Positions 39,725-50,692 of a DNA stretch of 64,000 bases are shown here, piece after piece. Within the stretch, counting starts at the first letter, position 1, and each line of letters opens with the position of its first letter. The notes below the pieces were generated by a model, which saw nothing but the letters and a program-made list of their open reading frames with translations, did no database searches and was not told where the DNA came from. Where the stretch lies: contig JAOPTX010000004.1 in the NCBI GenBank assembly GCA_051532055.1, forward strand, positions 94,930-158,929, in the 5' to 3' direction. The DNA comes from Fibrobacterales bacterium (GTDB lineage Bacteria > Fibrobacterota > Fibrobacteria > Fibrobacterales > JAOPTW01). The position numbers were made by a program, and so were the translations under genes.

Positions 39725-42700
39725 TTATAAAAGACTTTTTTCTAAACCTTTTTTACCATGTTTAAAGAAGTCATTCATCCAGTTTTTTCCAAGTTTTTTC
39801 TCAGCGAGGTAGACGATCATATGTTTACCTTCAACAGTAATGTCATCATGGATTTTTGAAAGGCCTTGTGTACAGGCAGGACAAGTAGTAAGAACTTCAA
39901 CTTTTTTGTTATCAGTGAGGTCCTGAATCTGAGTCTGTTTTCTCTCACGAATTGTGTTAGATATATAGGGGTTTGAAATTGCCAATGTTCCGACCTCACC
40001 ACAACAGTTCGGTGCTACCAATGGCTTGCTGCCAGTAAGTGCCTCAACAACCCCAGCAGTGTTTGTATCTTTCAGAGGCGAGTGACACGGCTCATGATAA
40101 ATAATTTGTTCATTCCCGACATTTCCCATGAGATTATTTTTAACCAAGAAGTCATTGACATCGAGCATGTTTGACTCTGGGAATATGTTCTCTAACCCAT
40201 AAGTACTGAGCATTTCATAACAGGTGCCACACGTTACTACGGTACTTTCAATATTCATGTAGTCTACAATTTTTGCAATCTTATGAAAGAGTACTTTATT
40301 TGATCCTACTATTTGCTCGACCTTTTCTGTTTTACCCGCAGACTTGAGTGGGTATCCACAACAGACATATTGAGGAGGTATGACCACTCGAACTCCTGCA
40401 TCATAGAGTATTGCTATAGTCGCAAGACTGATTTGGGGGAACATACGTTCTGATCCACAGCCTGGGAAATAGAATACCGTTTTCACTAACTCTTTTTCGG
40501 GATTGTGAAAGGTGTAAACGGTGTTCCTGTCGGAGAGGCTAAATTTTTCACGAAGTGTAGGGGCGGTTGTCATCGGGTAGCGCCCTTTGACCATATCATA
40601 AAGACCAGGAATCGTTTTGGTAACTATTTTTTCAAATGGTCGTAGGAGTGCATGTCCAAGTCTCTGAAGGCGATAGCCTACTTTGAACATGCCAAATCTA
40701 AAGATTTGGTTTATCCAGACCCCTTTTAAGCTGAGGAAAAAATAGGCAAATGCAACACCAGGGTGAAACACTGCTTTCTTACGAGCGTTTAAAAGTTTCT
40801 TTATATTGAGGGTTACATTACCAAAGTCAATATTAACTGGACACGGGGCTTCACATCTATGACACATGGTACAGTTTTGTGCGATCTCTGTCAATTTTTT
40901 GAAATTACGGAATGAGATACTATTACTGGTTAATGTGTCGTAGAGTACCGCCTCCATAATGAGGCCTACACCTAAAATTTTGTTACGAGGACTATAGAAC
41001 ATTGTCCCTTCAGGGTAGTGAGTATTACAGACTGGTTTACATTTTCCACAGCGAACACAGTTTGCTATAGATTCTGAAAGACTCTGAAGGTCAGTAGCTT
41101 CTAAAACAAATGCTTCGAGCTCTAGGAGGTTAAATGAAGGAGTGTACACTTTCTCAAAGGGGAATCCTTTGGCAAGTTTACCAGGGTTAAACAGATCACT
41201 TGGATCGATTTTTTTCTTATGCTCAGCGTATTCTTCCATGATTGACTCATCGAGATACTTCAGCTTCGCAATGCCGATACCGTGTTCACCAGAGACCACA
41301 CCATCGATACGGATGGTTTCTTTAAATATGATATCAACAACCTCTTCGGTCTCGTGCATCATAATATGGTCACTTGAGTGAACGGGGATATTTACGTGAA
41401 TATTTCCATCACCCGCATGCATGTGCGTTGCAATAATAATTTTTCTACGGCGAACACTGTCGGCAGTTTTGTCAAAGAGTTCAAGAATTGTAGGGAATAC
41501 TTTGAAAGTATTATGGAAGGGTTGAATTACTTTGCCATCAAAGTCAGGTTTGATTTCACCATCTTGAATCATTTTAAAGATGGTACGCTCTTCGCTTGGA
41601 TATGAGGCATCAACATTTTTAGTTGGATTCTCAATGTTGTCCCACATGAGTTTACACCAAGTGGCATAGGCTGTAATCTCTTCTACATAGAGGTCGACCT
41701 TGTCACTGCTGATACCATCAATATTCTTACTTTTGAGGCTTTCGCAAAAACGTTCAATCTCTTCGATTGCTTGTATACTGTTATCAAGTTCTTTTTCGGC
41801 GTTGAGTTTGTCAAAAAAGTCGATGATACCCGGCATTTTTTTAATAGGTACTACAATATCTTCATTGGTTTTAAAACCGTTGGTGTGTTTTGCAATAGCG
41901 CCAAGGTTTTTACGATCTTTCCAGTATCGTTCACTTTCATCGGCGTCACTTGCAATAAAACCTTCGGTGTTATACTCTTGTACTAGCTCGGTAATGTCTT
42001 TACAGGCACTATCAACAGCATTTTCATCATTACTTTCAATATCAATGAGGAGGACTGCTTTCGGTGACTCATTTCTATTTGACTTAACGTTATAGTCAAT
42101 TTTGTCCATGTAGACATCATCAAAATGTTCGAGTGCCGTAAGGAATACATAGTCACTAGAACCAAAGCTTTCGCGGATTTCCACAATAGCTTTTGATGCA
42201 TTTACCATGTTGGTACCATAGAATTCTAGACAAATTGTGCGGGCATGGTTGAAAGGAGTGTAGAGTACAAAACGAGTATCATAAATGATACCATCGCCAC
42301 CCTCTTTTTGAATGCCAGGAACACCACCGAGTGCTTTGTTGGTAATGTCTTTGCCGAGGCCTTTTTTACGGACTTCAGTTGCTTTAAGTGTAAAAGTGTC
42401 AAGGAGAGTGCGGTTCCCTTTTTTGTCATACTCATAGGTTTCGTATTCGACAATATCGGTTTCTTCTATTTTGCGGTGTGGGTGATTTTTACGCTCAACT
42501 TCGATGAGGCGTCCACCGGCAAGTACCATTTTAAATGAGTAGAGATTATCAATACAACAACCCCACATTACTGCCTTTTTACCGCCTGCATTTTCGGCGA
42601 TATTACCACCAATACTTGAGGCCCATGCAGATGTTGGATCTGTAGCGAATACATATCCTTTGTTTTTACAATGTGAGGTTGCGTCGTTAGTAATTACCCC

Positions 42701-43423
42701 TGTTTCAAGATTAATAATAGGGAGTTCTTTACCCTCTTTTGTCGTTACCATTTCGATAGCGCCGACTTTATTAAGCTTTTCAGTATTAATTATCAGAGTA
42801 TTAGGAACTACAGGAACTGCACCACCCGTAAGGCCAGTACCACCGCCACGAGCAATAATCTTTAATCCGAGCTTTTGAGCAATTTTTACAAGTTGTGGAA
42901 GCTCTCTAGCAGAGTCTGGATAGATAATAACTTCTGGATATTCAATTCTCCAGTCAGTTGCATCAGTACAGTGCGCTACTTTGTGAAACGCTGAAAATTT
43001 AATATTTTGTTTGTTTGTAGCACTACTGAAAGCAGAGAGAATTTTTTTCTCTTGTTTTGCCTTCCCTTCTAAATTTTTGAAAAAGTCGCGAACCAATTTA
43101 CGAGTTTTTTTGATCAGAATACTTTCTTTGTGTTCGTTACTCGCGCCAGCTTCTATCATTTCAAGACGACGCTTATGCTGGGCTTTTATTTTGCGAAGTT
43201 TTTGCGGAGTTTCGCTGAAATCGTTTGAGATATACGGGTTTCGATCAATAATGAAAATATCACCAATAATCTCAAAGAGCATTTTTGCACTTTTCCCAGT
43301 TACGCGATGAGAGCGGAGCTCCTCTAGGATATCCCAGGCTTCGGAGTCGAGGTATTTGAGAATGATCTCTTTATCAGTGAGTGAAGTGTAGTTATAAGGT
43401 ATTTCTCTATAATTTATACTCAT
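39725..43423 (-). CDS. Large FAD-linked oxidase / 4Fe-4S / CCG-domain oxidoreductase (DUF3683-like N-terminus)
   Basis: REIPYNYTS N-terminus, RGGGTGLTGG, GGNIAENAGG, HAGDGNIH, SGEHGIG, CVRCGKC...C, CTMCHRC...CP, CCG motifs. Confidence 0.9.
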   Translation of the reverse strand: MSINYREIPYNYTSLTDKEIILKYLDSEAWDILEELRSHRVTGKSAKMLFEIIGDIFIIDRNPYISNDFSETPQKLRKIKAQHKRRLEMIEAGASNEHKESILIKKTRKLVRDFFKNLEGKAKQEKKILSAFSSATNKQNIKFSAFHKVAHCTDATDWRIEYPEVIIYPDSARELPQLVKIAQKLGLKIIARGGGTGLTGGAVPVVPNTLIINTEKLNKVGAIEMVTTKEGKELPIINLETGVITNDATSHCKNKGYVFATDPTSAWASSIGGNIAENAGGKKAVMWGCCIDNLYSFKMVLAGGRLIEVERKNHPHRKIEETDIVEYETYEYDKKGNRTLLDTFTLKATEVRKKGLGKDITNKALGGVPGIQKEGGDGIIYDTRFVLYTPFNHARTICLEFYGTNMVNASKAIVEIRESFGSSDYVFLTALEHFDDVYMDKIDYNVKSNRNESPKAVLLIDIESNDENAVDSACKDITELVQEYNTEGFIASDADESERYWKDRKNLGAIAKHTNGFKTNEDIVVPIKKMPGIIDFFDKLNAEKELDNSIQAIEEIERFCESLKSKNIDGISSDKVDLYVEEITAYATWCKLMWDNIENPTKNVDASYPSEERTIFKMIQDGEIKPDFDGKVIQPFHNTFKVFPTILELFDKTADSVRRRKIIIATHMHAGDGNIHVNIPVHSSDHIMMHETEEVVDIIFKETIRIDGVVSGEHGIGIAKLKYLDESIMEEYAEHKKKIDPSDLFNPGKLAKGFPFEKVYTPSFNLLELEAFVLEATDLQSLSESIANCVRCGKCKPVCNTHYPEGTMFYSPRNKILGVGLIMEAVLYDTLTSNSISFRNFKKLTEIAQNCTMCHRCEAPCPVNIDFGNVTLNIKKLLNARKKAVFHPGVAFAYFFLSLKGVWINQIFRFGMFKVGYRLQRLGHALLRPFEKIVTKTIPGLYDMVKGRYPMTTAPTLREKFSLSDRNTVYTFHNPEKELVKTVFYFPGCGSERMFPQISLATIAILYDAGVRVVIPPQYVCCGYPLKSAGKTEKVEQIVGSNKVLFHKIAKIVDYMNIESTVVTCGTCYEMLSTYGLENIFPESNMLDVNDFLVKNNLMGNVGNEQIIYHEPCHSPLKDTNTAGVVEALTGSKPLVAPNCCGEVGTLAISNPYISNTIRERKQTQIQDLTDNKKVEVLTTCPACTQGLSKIHDDITVEGKHMIVYLAEKKLGKNWMNDFFKHGKKGLEKSLL

Positions 43424-43716
43424 GATGTACCTCGCTTTCGCGTGCTTAGGCAGTTTTAGCCGTTTTTAATTGAATCAAAAAATTCAAATAAGTGTAAGAT
43501 TCGATTCAAAATTAGGAAAATAACTGTTGAAAATCATGAAAATCAGGCGTTTAGTTGTAACAGTTACAAATTATTATCAGGGTTGGAAAAGTATCGTACA
43601 CAGTTGTGTCGATTCAATGATTTATACGAAGAAAGTTTATAAGGTAAGAGCCCTTTCAGGTGTAAAAAGGCTCTTATGAATTTAATTTTACCAAAAAAAT
43701 CTTAAAAAGTGGAATG

Positions 43717-45351
43717 CTAAAAATCCATTAAGTCATTTTTTGTTTCTCGGCTGAGAGGGGGGGGAGCTAATACTTGTTGATTCTGCACAGGAGGAATTGA
43801 TTGTGAGGGACGTTCTTGCTGTGCGCCTCGAACGATTGATTTAAGATGGTGTACAATTGAATCAAGTGAATGGGCCTGTGCAGCGAGTTCCTCGGATGAT
43901 GATGAGGCCTCTTCTGCACTGGCGGCATTGGTCTGAATCACTTGATTAAGTTGATTAATTGAACTATTAATATTATCTATTCCATGAGCTTGTTCTGTAC
44001 TGGCGGCAGCTATTTCATGCACTATTGTAGATGCTTTATTTGAACTTTCAGCAATTTTATTTATTGAGGCTACGGTATTTTCAGAGAGTCCTACCCCGTT
44101 TTCTGCATTGTTTTGAGATTCTTCAATAAGCTCAGTTGTATCTTTGGCGGCCTCTGCGCTTCGCTGTGCTAAATTACGTACTTCTTCGGCTACGACAGCA
44201 AACCCTTTGCCGGCTTCACCAGCTCGAGCTGCTTCAACAGCTGCATTGAGAGCTAAAAGGTTTGTTTGGAAGGCTATTTCGTCGATAGTTTTAACAATTT
44301 TTGCAGTTTTGTCTGAAGAGAGTTTTATTTGATTGATTGCATCTCCGAGCCGTTGTATTGAATCTTGCCCATCTTTTGTGAGAGTTTCGGATTCTTTCAT
44401 AATATTATTCGCTAGATTTGCGTTTTCTGCATTTTGCTTTGTAGAATGGGACATTGTGGTCAGGTGCTCAGAAATATCAGTTACTGTAGCTGCTTGTTCT
44501 GTGGCTCCAGCAGCTAATGCTTGTGCATATGAGGCAATCTGGTTTGAAGCTGATTTCACCTGGTCTGAACCTTCAAAGAGCTCTTCAGTGACGCCATTTA
44601 TTGGTCTTTCAACAGTGATATCTATAACATACGTGAATATTGCAATAAGAATGGTGAGTCCTATAAAACAAACGATTGCAGCCCAAAGAAGATTTGAACT
44701 CATCTGGGCGTCAGCAGTATCAAGGGATTGTACCACTTCAAAGGCTCCATGAATTGAACCAACGGTCCAGTTTTCCATTTTGGTTCCGGTAGGATCGAGC
44801 CCTTGATCGTTACCCCATAGCTCTTGTGATGTTGCGGGGTCGCCATGACACAACATACAGGTTTGAGTAAGTCGAATTGGTCTAAAGTAGCGTATGGCGT
44901 TGAGTTCTTTATCAATAATATGGTACTCTGAAAGGTTTTCACTTTTCATTTTGTTTATTGCTTTTGCTTCGAGCGCATCGGGCTGGTTTTTAGGGTTACG
45001 CGGTTGAAACTTAGGTACTTTAAATTCGTAACCACCTTCTTTTGCTTTTCGCATTGCAGATTTCCATGCAGAGACAACAGGGACAGCATCAACAACTTTA
45101 TCACGCTCTCCAGCAGCAGCCCATTTTCTAAGGTCGGCTACAGAAAATACTCCTTTGTCCCACTTGTCCTCCATTTCTTGTCGTGCCGATTCTACGGTTA
45201 GGTTTATAGCCCGAGCCTTTTCAATGTATCCATTTATAGTAAGCGACTTTGTAGTATTATAATAGAGGGCAAATAAAATAACTAGTAGGATGGAGGGTAA
45301 TGTTACACCAATTAGAATGATTTTAAATTTGAGGGAACGTTGATTTTGCAT
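43717..45351 (-). CDS. Methyl-accepting chemotaxis protein with periplasmic DUF3365-like domain bearing CxxCH
   Basis: Start MQNQRS; two TMs; [52 protein letters not shown]. Confidence 0.93.
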   Translation of the reverse strand: MQNQRSLKFKIILIGVTLPSILLVILFALYYNTTKSLTINGYIEKARAINLTVESARQEMEDKWDKGVFSVADLRKWAAAGERDKVVDAVPVVSAWKSAMRKAKEGGYEFKVPKFQPRNPKNQPDALEAKAINKMKSENLSEYHIIDKELNAIRYFRPIRLTQTCMLCHGDPATSQELWGNDQGLDPTGTKMENWTVGSIHGAFEVVQSLDTADAQMSSNLLWAAIVCFIGLTILIAIFTYVIDITVERPINGVTEELFEGSDQVKSASNQIASYAQALAAGATEQAATVTDISEHLTTMSHSTKQNAENANLANNIMKESETLTKDGQDSIQRLGDAINQIKLSSDKTAKIVKTIDEIAFQTNLLALNAAVEAARAGEAGKGFAVVAEEVRNLAQRSAEAAKDTTELIEESQNNAENGVGLSENTVASINKIAESSNKASTIVHEIAAASTEQAHGIDNINSSINQLNQVIQTNAASAEEASSSSEELAAQAHSLDSIVHHLKSIVRGAQQERPSQSIPPVQNQQVLAPPPLSRETKNDLMDF

Positions 45352-45687
45352 GATACCACCCGTTGAGTATTTAATGCATAGTATCATTATTTAAAATAAA
45401 TGCAACAAATAAATTTGTTACTGAATATAGGTTTGTATCTTGAGCAACTATAGGTTGATTACACTTTGGGTGGCCTTAGGGTGTAAATTTGTTAAATTTG
45501 TTTTTTAATTTATGATTCTGTAACCTTATGTATTTCCAAAGGTTATAGCGTTTTTAATTATTGTATCACAAAATATGTGCTTTTTGTTACCTTAGAATCT
45601 TATATTTGTGACCGCAATTTACAGATCTGATTGAAATTTTTATATTTGCTCAAATGAGCAGTGATTTAAAAGGTGATATATCCCAAT

Positions 45688-47532
45688 ATGGCAAAATATA
45701 CCGAAGATAGTATTAAATCCCTTGAGTGGCACGAGCATATAAGACGGCGTCCTGGAATGTATATTGGTAAACTAGGTGATGGTTCTACCCCTGATGATGG
45801 CATTTATGTTCTTGTAAAAGAGGTTATTGATAACTCTATTGATGAATTCAATATGGGTGTTGGTAAAAATCTAGATATTTCTATTGAGGATGGTGTAGTT
45901 ACGATTCGTGACTATGGACGTGGTATTCCTCTTGGTAAAATGGTTGATTGCGTATCCAAAATAAACACTGGTGGTAAATACGATAATGAGGCGTTTCAAA
46001 AATCTGTTGGTATGAATGGAGTTGGCACTAAAGCGGTTAATGCACTTTCGAGCTATTTTTGGGTTCAATCAATTCGAGAAGGTAAGACGCGCATTGCAGA
46101 ATTTAGTAGAGGTCTTTTAGAAAGTGAGTCTAAAGACAAATCTTGTAAAGAAAAACAGGGAACCATCATTAAGTTTATCCCTGATACTGATATATTTCCA
46201 AAATACAAATTTATTTATGACTATATAGAAGAGAAAATTTGGAACTACTCCTATTTGAACCCTGGATTGGTTATCACCTTTAATGGGAGAAAGTTTGAGT
46301 CTAAAAATGGTCTCCATGATCTTTTAAATCGTCATGTAGACGATACTATTCGATATCCAATTCTTCATATTGCAGAGAAAAATCGAGACATTGAGATTGC
46401 CCTCTCACATGCCAATCACTACGGTGAACAATATTTTACTTTTGTTAATGGACAATATACTACGCAGGGAGGGACTCATCTCAATGCATTTAAAGAGGCG
46501 TTTGTAAAAACAATTCGCGACTTCTTTAAAAAAGATTATGATGCTGCAGATATTAGAAGCGCAATTATTGCGGCGGTGTCAGTTAGAATCCAAGAACCAG
46601 TATTTGAATCTCAGACGAAAACTAAATTGGGTTCTACCCATGTAAGTGAAGGGGGGGAGACCCTCAGGAAATGGATGGCTGACTTTATTCGTCGTGAGCT
46701 TGATAATTTCCTTCATAAAAACAGTGCAGTGGCAACAGCAATACTCAAACGTATTCAGCAGTCTGAAAAAGAACGTAAAGAGATTGCTGGTATTAAAAAG
46801 CTTGCAAATGAACGGGCCAAAAAAGCAAATATTCATAATCGAAAGCTCCGTGATTGTAAATTCCATTTTGGTGGAAAACAAGATGAATGTAATGACACAA
46901 TGATCTTTATTACAGAAGGTGATTCTGCTTCAGGTTCTATTACTACGGCGAGAAGTGTTAAAACTCAGGCGGTATTTAGCCTTAAAGGGAAGCCACTCAA
47001 TTGCTTTGGTCTGAGTAAAAAAGTGGTCTATGAGAATGAAGAGTTTAACCTGTTACAACATGCACTCGATATCGAAAATGGTATTGATAGTTTGCGGTAC
47101 AATAAAGTGGTGATTGCAACTGATGCTGATGTTGATGGTATGCATATTCGATTGCTTCTCTTGACCTTTTTTATTCAGTTTTTTCCTGAGCTTATTGAGA
47201 ATGGTCATGTGTTTATCCTTGAAACACCACTCTTTAGGGTTCGGAATAAAAATGAGACTGTCTACTGTTATGATGCACTTGAAAAAGATGTAGCTCTTGG
47301 ACGATTGGGTAAAAAGTCAGAGATCACTCGTTTTAAAGGGCTTGGAGAGATATCTCCTAATGAGTTTGGGAAGTTTTTACGTGAAGACTTACGGTTAGAG
47401 CCAGTTTTGCTTCACCCAGAGATGTCTAAGACTCAATTATTAACTCGTTTTATGGGTAAAAATACTCCTGAGCGTCAGAAATTTATTATTGAAAATTTAC
47501 GTAATGTCGTTATTGACGATGTAGTTGCATAA
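45688..47532 (+). CDS. parE: Type IIA topoisomerase B subunit (topoisomerase IV ParE type)
   Basis: [47 protein letters not shown]; short form. Confidence 0.9.
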   Translation: MAKYTEDSIKSLEWHEHIRRRPGMYIGKLGDGSTPDDGIYVLVKEVIDNSIDEFNMGVGKNLDISIEDGVVTIRDYGRGIPLGKMVDCVSKINTGGKYDNEAFQKSVGMNGVGTKAVNALSSYFWVQSIREGKTRIAEFSRGLLESESKDKSCKEKQGTIIKFIPDTDIFPKYKFIYDYIEEKIWNYSYLNPGLVITFNGRKFESKNGLHDLLNRHVDDTIRYPILHIAEKNRDIEIALSHANHYGEQYFTFVNGQYTTQGGTHLNAFKEAFVKTIRDFFKKDYDAADIRSAIIAAVSVRIQEPVFESQTKTKLGSTHVSEGGETLRKWMADFIRRELDNFLHKNSAVATAILKRIQQSEKERKEIAGIKKLANERAKKANIHNRKLRDCKFHFGGKQDECNDTMIFITEGDSASGSITTARSVKTQAVFSLKGKPLNCFGLSKKVVYENEEFNLLQHALDIENGIDSLRYNKVVIATDADVDGMHIRLLLLTFFIQFFPELIENGHVFILETPLFRVRNKNETVYCYDALEKDVALGRLGKKSEITRFKGLGEISPNEFGKFLREDLRLEPVLLHPEMSKTQLLTRFMGKNTPERQKFIIENLRNVVIDDVVA

Positions 47533-47615
47533 TTAACTCGGCAGACAGATAGAAATAGTGATTTGTATGCAGTACTATAGAAATGTGCTGCACTCTTTAA
47601 GTACAAAAGAAAGAT

Positions 47616-50213
47616 ATGACAGATAAAAACCAAGAAGAACTCGATTTAAAAGAGATTGCTGCAGATGAGATTAATCATGAACTCTCTGTTACTGATAATA
47701 AGCATGTTGAACAACTCTACGAAGAGTGGTTTCTCGACTATGCATCCTATGTGATACTTGATAGGGCGGTACCTTATTTCGAAGATGGGCTAAAGCCTGT
47801 TCAACGTCGTATTCTCCACTCATTTTGGGAGAAAAGCGATGGTCGTTATCACAAAATAGCTAATATCATTGGGCATACAATGCAGTATCATCCTCATGGA
47901 GATGCCTCAATTGGTGATGCTATTGTTACTCTTGGTCAAAAAGACCTCTTGATTGATCCACAGGGTAACTGGGGTAATATCATGACCGGCGACCGCTCGG
48001 CAGCTGCTCGATACATAGAAGGACGACTGACCCCATTTGCCTTAGAAATTGCTTTTAATCCTGATACGACACATTGGTTGCCTTCTTATGACGGCCGCTC
48101 CAAAGAACCTTCTAAACTCCCAATGAAATTCCCAATGATTCTTGCTCAAGGGGTTAAAGGGATTGCAGTTGGGCTATCAACTGAGATATTGCCTCATAAT
48201 TTTTGTGAATTGATTCAGTCATCTATTGCTCATTTGAGAAAACGCTCATTTACTTTATATCCAGATTTTCAGCAGGGTGGTATTGTCGATATCACTAACT
48301 ACAAGAGTGGTGAGCGCGGTGGTAAAGTTAAGGTACGTGCTAAAATTGAACAGTATGATAAAAAAACACTTTCAATCACTGAAGTACCCTTTGGGACAAC
48401 GACAACATCACTGATAGATTCTATTGTATCTGCGAATGATAAAAGTAAAATTAAGATTAAGAAGGTCGAGGATAACACGGCGAGTGAAGTTGAAATACTT
48501 ATCCATCTTGCCCCAGGTATTGATCCTGTTATAACAATAGAAGCACTCTATGCCTTTACTGACTGTGAAGTTTCTATCAGTACAAATTGTTGTATTATTC
48601 GTGATGATAAGCCGGTTTTTACCGATGTTCAGACAATTTTAAAACAGTCAACAGAGCACACTGTGTCTCTTCTTGAGTGGGAACTTAAAAATAGACGTGA
48701 TGAGCTTAATCGTAAATGGCATTTGGCATCTCTTGAAAAAATATTTATTGAGAAAAAGGTCTACCTCACGATTGAAGAGGCTAAATCTCGTGAAGAGATG
48801 ATAACATTTGTTGATGATGGGTTGAAACCACATACTAAAAAACTCCGAATACCAGTGACTCAAGAAGATGTTTTGCGTCTTTGTGAGATTCCTATCAGAA
48901 AAATTTCCCGATTTGATACGAAGAAGAATCAAGAACTCTTAAAAGAGCTTGATGACAAAATTGAAGAAGTTGAAAATTTTCTCGCCAATCTCATAGATTA
49001 TTCAATTAACTATTTTAAGGGCCTTCTGACAAAATATGGGAAAGGACGTGAGAGAAAAACCGAGATTGAAGAGTTTCAAACACTCTCTGCTAAACAAGTC
49101 GCGGTTGCGAATCAACGTCTTTATGTGAGTAAAAAAGAGGGTTTTGTAGGGACGTCTCTTAAAAAAGATGAATATGTTTTTGATTGCTCTCCGTATGATG
49201 AATTGATTGTTTTTAAGAAAGACGCTACGTTTATGGTTACTAAGGTCGATAAAAAGGTCTATGTTGGTAAAGATATCATTCACATTGAAATTTTTCATAA
49301 AGAGGATGATCGAACAACCTACAACTATATCTATGAAGATGGGACAGATAAACGGTCGTATATTAAACGCTTTAATGTGACGGGTATTACTCGAAATAAA
49401 GATTATCCTTTAGCAAAAAGTGCAAAATCTAAAGTGCTCTACTTCTCGTCAAACCCTAATGGTGAAGCGGAAGTAGTTGAGGTGACTCTGAAACCACAAC
49501 CACGTATTAAACTTGCTTTTAAGGTTGACTTCAGTGAGACAGAGGTGAAAGCGCGGGGGGCTAAAGGGAACACTGTTACCAAACACCCTGTGAAAAAAAT
49601 TAAACTTCTTAAAGCAGGGACATCTACATTAGAAGATCAAACTCTCTTTTACGATTCAATCACAAATGTGGTGAGTAACGTTAAGAGGGGTGAAGAGATA
49701 GGGGCTTTTTCTGGGGATGACTTAATAATGGTTGTCCGTGTAAATGGACGAGTTAACTTTTTTGCCGTTGAAGCTTCAGTAGCTATTGGTGGTGAAGTAC
49801 TGTGTGTTAAAAGGTATGACCCAGAAGCATATCATTCGGCAATTTACTATGAAGGTAATTCCCTCTCATTTTATGTGAAACGTTTTGATTTCGGTGAAGT
49901 TACTGCCGGTAAAGATATGGCTTGTATTTCTGATAATAAAGACTCAGTTCTCCTTTATTTTAGCAATGATCATGAACCAAAATGCCTTGTTGAATTTGCC
50001 GGTACAAAAAAACGTGGTGCATCTGCTGCAATTGAAATATTTGAATTCGCAGATGAGGAACTCTATCCTATTAGAGGTATTCGTGCCCTAGGGACGCGAA
50101 TTACGGCTAAAAAGATTAAGAAAGTTCTCGATGTTACAACTGTTACACCTAAAAAGAACGATTTTGAAGAGGTATTAAAGAAGGTGCCCGTAATTCAATT
50201 AAAGAAATTTTAG
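47616..50213 (+). CDS. parC: Type IIA topoisomerase A subunit (topoisomerase IV ParC type)
   Basis: DGLKPVQRRIL, YHPHGD, QGNWG, AAARYIE catalytic Tyr. Confidence 0.9.
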   Translation: MTDKNQEELDLKEIAADEINHELSVTDNKHVEQLYEEWFLDYASYVILDRAVPYFEDGLKPVQRRILHSFWEKSDGRYHKIANIIGHTMQYHPHGDASIGDAIVTLGQKDLLIDPQGNWGNIMTGDRSAAARYIEGRLTPFALEIAFNPDTTHWLPSYDGRSKEPSKLPMKFPMILAQGVKGIAVGLSTEILPHNFCELIQSSIAHLRKRSFTLYPDFQQGGIVDITNYKSGERGGKVKVRAKIEQYDKKTLSITEVPFGTTTTSLIDSIVSANDKSKIKIKKVEDNTASEVEILIHLAPGIDPVITIEALYAFTDCEVSISTNCCIIRDDKPVFTDVQTILKQSTEHTVSLLEWELKNRRDELNRKWHLASLEKIFIEKKVYLTIEEAKSREEMITFVDDGLKPHTKKLRIPVTQEDVLRLCEIPIRKISRFDTKKNQELLKELDDKIEEVENFLANLIDYSINYFKGLLTKYGKGRERKTEIEEFQTLSAKQVAVANQRLYVSKKEGFVGTSLKKDEYVFDCSPYDELIVFKKDATFMVTKVDKKVYVGKDIIHIEIFHKEDDRTTYNYIYEDGTDKRSYIKRFNVTGITRNKDYPLAKSAKSKVLYFSSNPNGEAEVVEVTLKPQPRIKLAFKVDFSETEVKARGAKGNTVTKHPVKKIKLLKAGTSTLEDQTLFYDSITNVVSNVKRGEEIGAFSGDDLIMVVRVNGRVNFFAVEASVAIGGEVLCVKRYDPEAYHSAIYYEGNSLSFYVKRFDFGEVTAGKDMACISDNKDSVLLYFSNDHEPKCLVEFAGTKKRGASAAIEIFEFADEELYPIRGIRALGTRITAKKIKKVLDVTTVTPKKNDFEEVLKKVPVIQLKKF

Positions 50214-50228
50214 GCTTTAATTATAACT

Positions 50229-50260
50229 AAAATGCACTTTTAGAGAAAGTGCATTTTTTT
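50229..50260 (+). terminator. Intrinsic terminator of parEC
   Basis: aaaatgcacttt-tagag-aaagtgcatttt plus T-run. Confidence 0.75.
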
Positions 50261-50323
50261 ATTGATTATATATTAGAAAATGCTTATATTCTTATTAACA
50301 ATTTATCCATAAAGGAGTATCCT

Positions 50324-50647
50324 ATGATATTCGATGCAATAAAAAAAGTATTAGGTGGAAACGGTGAGGAAATTGCTGAGGCCGTTAAGAGTGGAGCTAC
50401 GTTAATAGATGTACGAAGTGCAGGTGAATTTAGAGGTGGTTCGGTACCAGGAGCCATTAATATTCCTCATGATGAGATGAGAAAGCACAAAGCTAAATTT
50501 GAAAAAATGAAGCAACCACTCATTCTGTTTTGTGCATCAGGTATGCGATCTGCAACTGCAACTATGGCGCTGAAAGGAATGGGGATTGAAAATGTACTCA
50601 ATGGAAAGACTTGGGGATCGGTAAATGCAATAGTTCAAGGTAAATAA
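50324..50647 (+). CDS. Single-domain rhodanese-like sulfurtransferase
   Basis: Start MIFDAI (AAGGAG RBS); LIDVRS..EF, GAINIP, FCASGMRS. Confidence 0.9.
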   Translation: MIFDAIKKVLGGNGEEIAEAVKSGATLIDVRSAGEFRGGSVPGAINIPHDEMRKHKAKFEKMKQPLILFCASGMRSATATMALKGMGIENVLNGKTWGSVNAIVQGK

Positions 50648-50692
50648 CCGAGCATTATTACTTATCAATGCTTCTTCAAAAGGGAAGAGATT

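Noticed and set aside
45688..50213. Calling this pair gyrB/gyrA
   Set aside because: No GyrA-box seen and the sequence style fits the topoisomerase IV-like clade; phylogeny would be decisive
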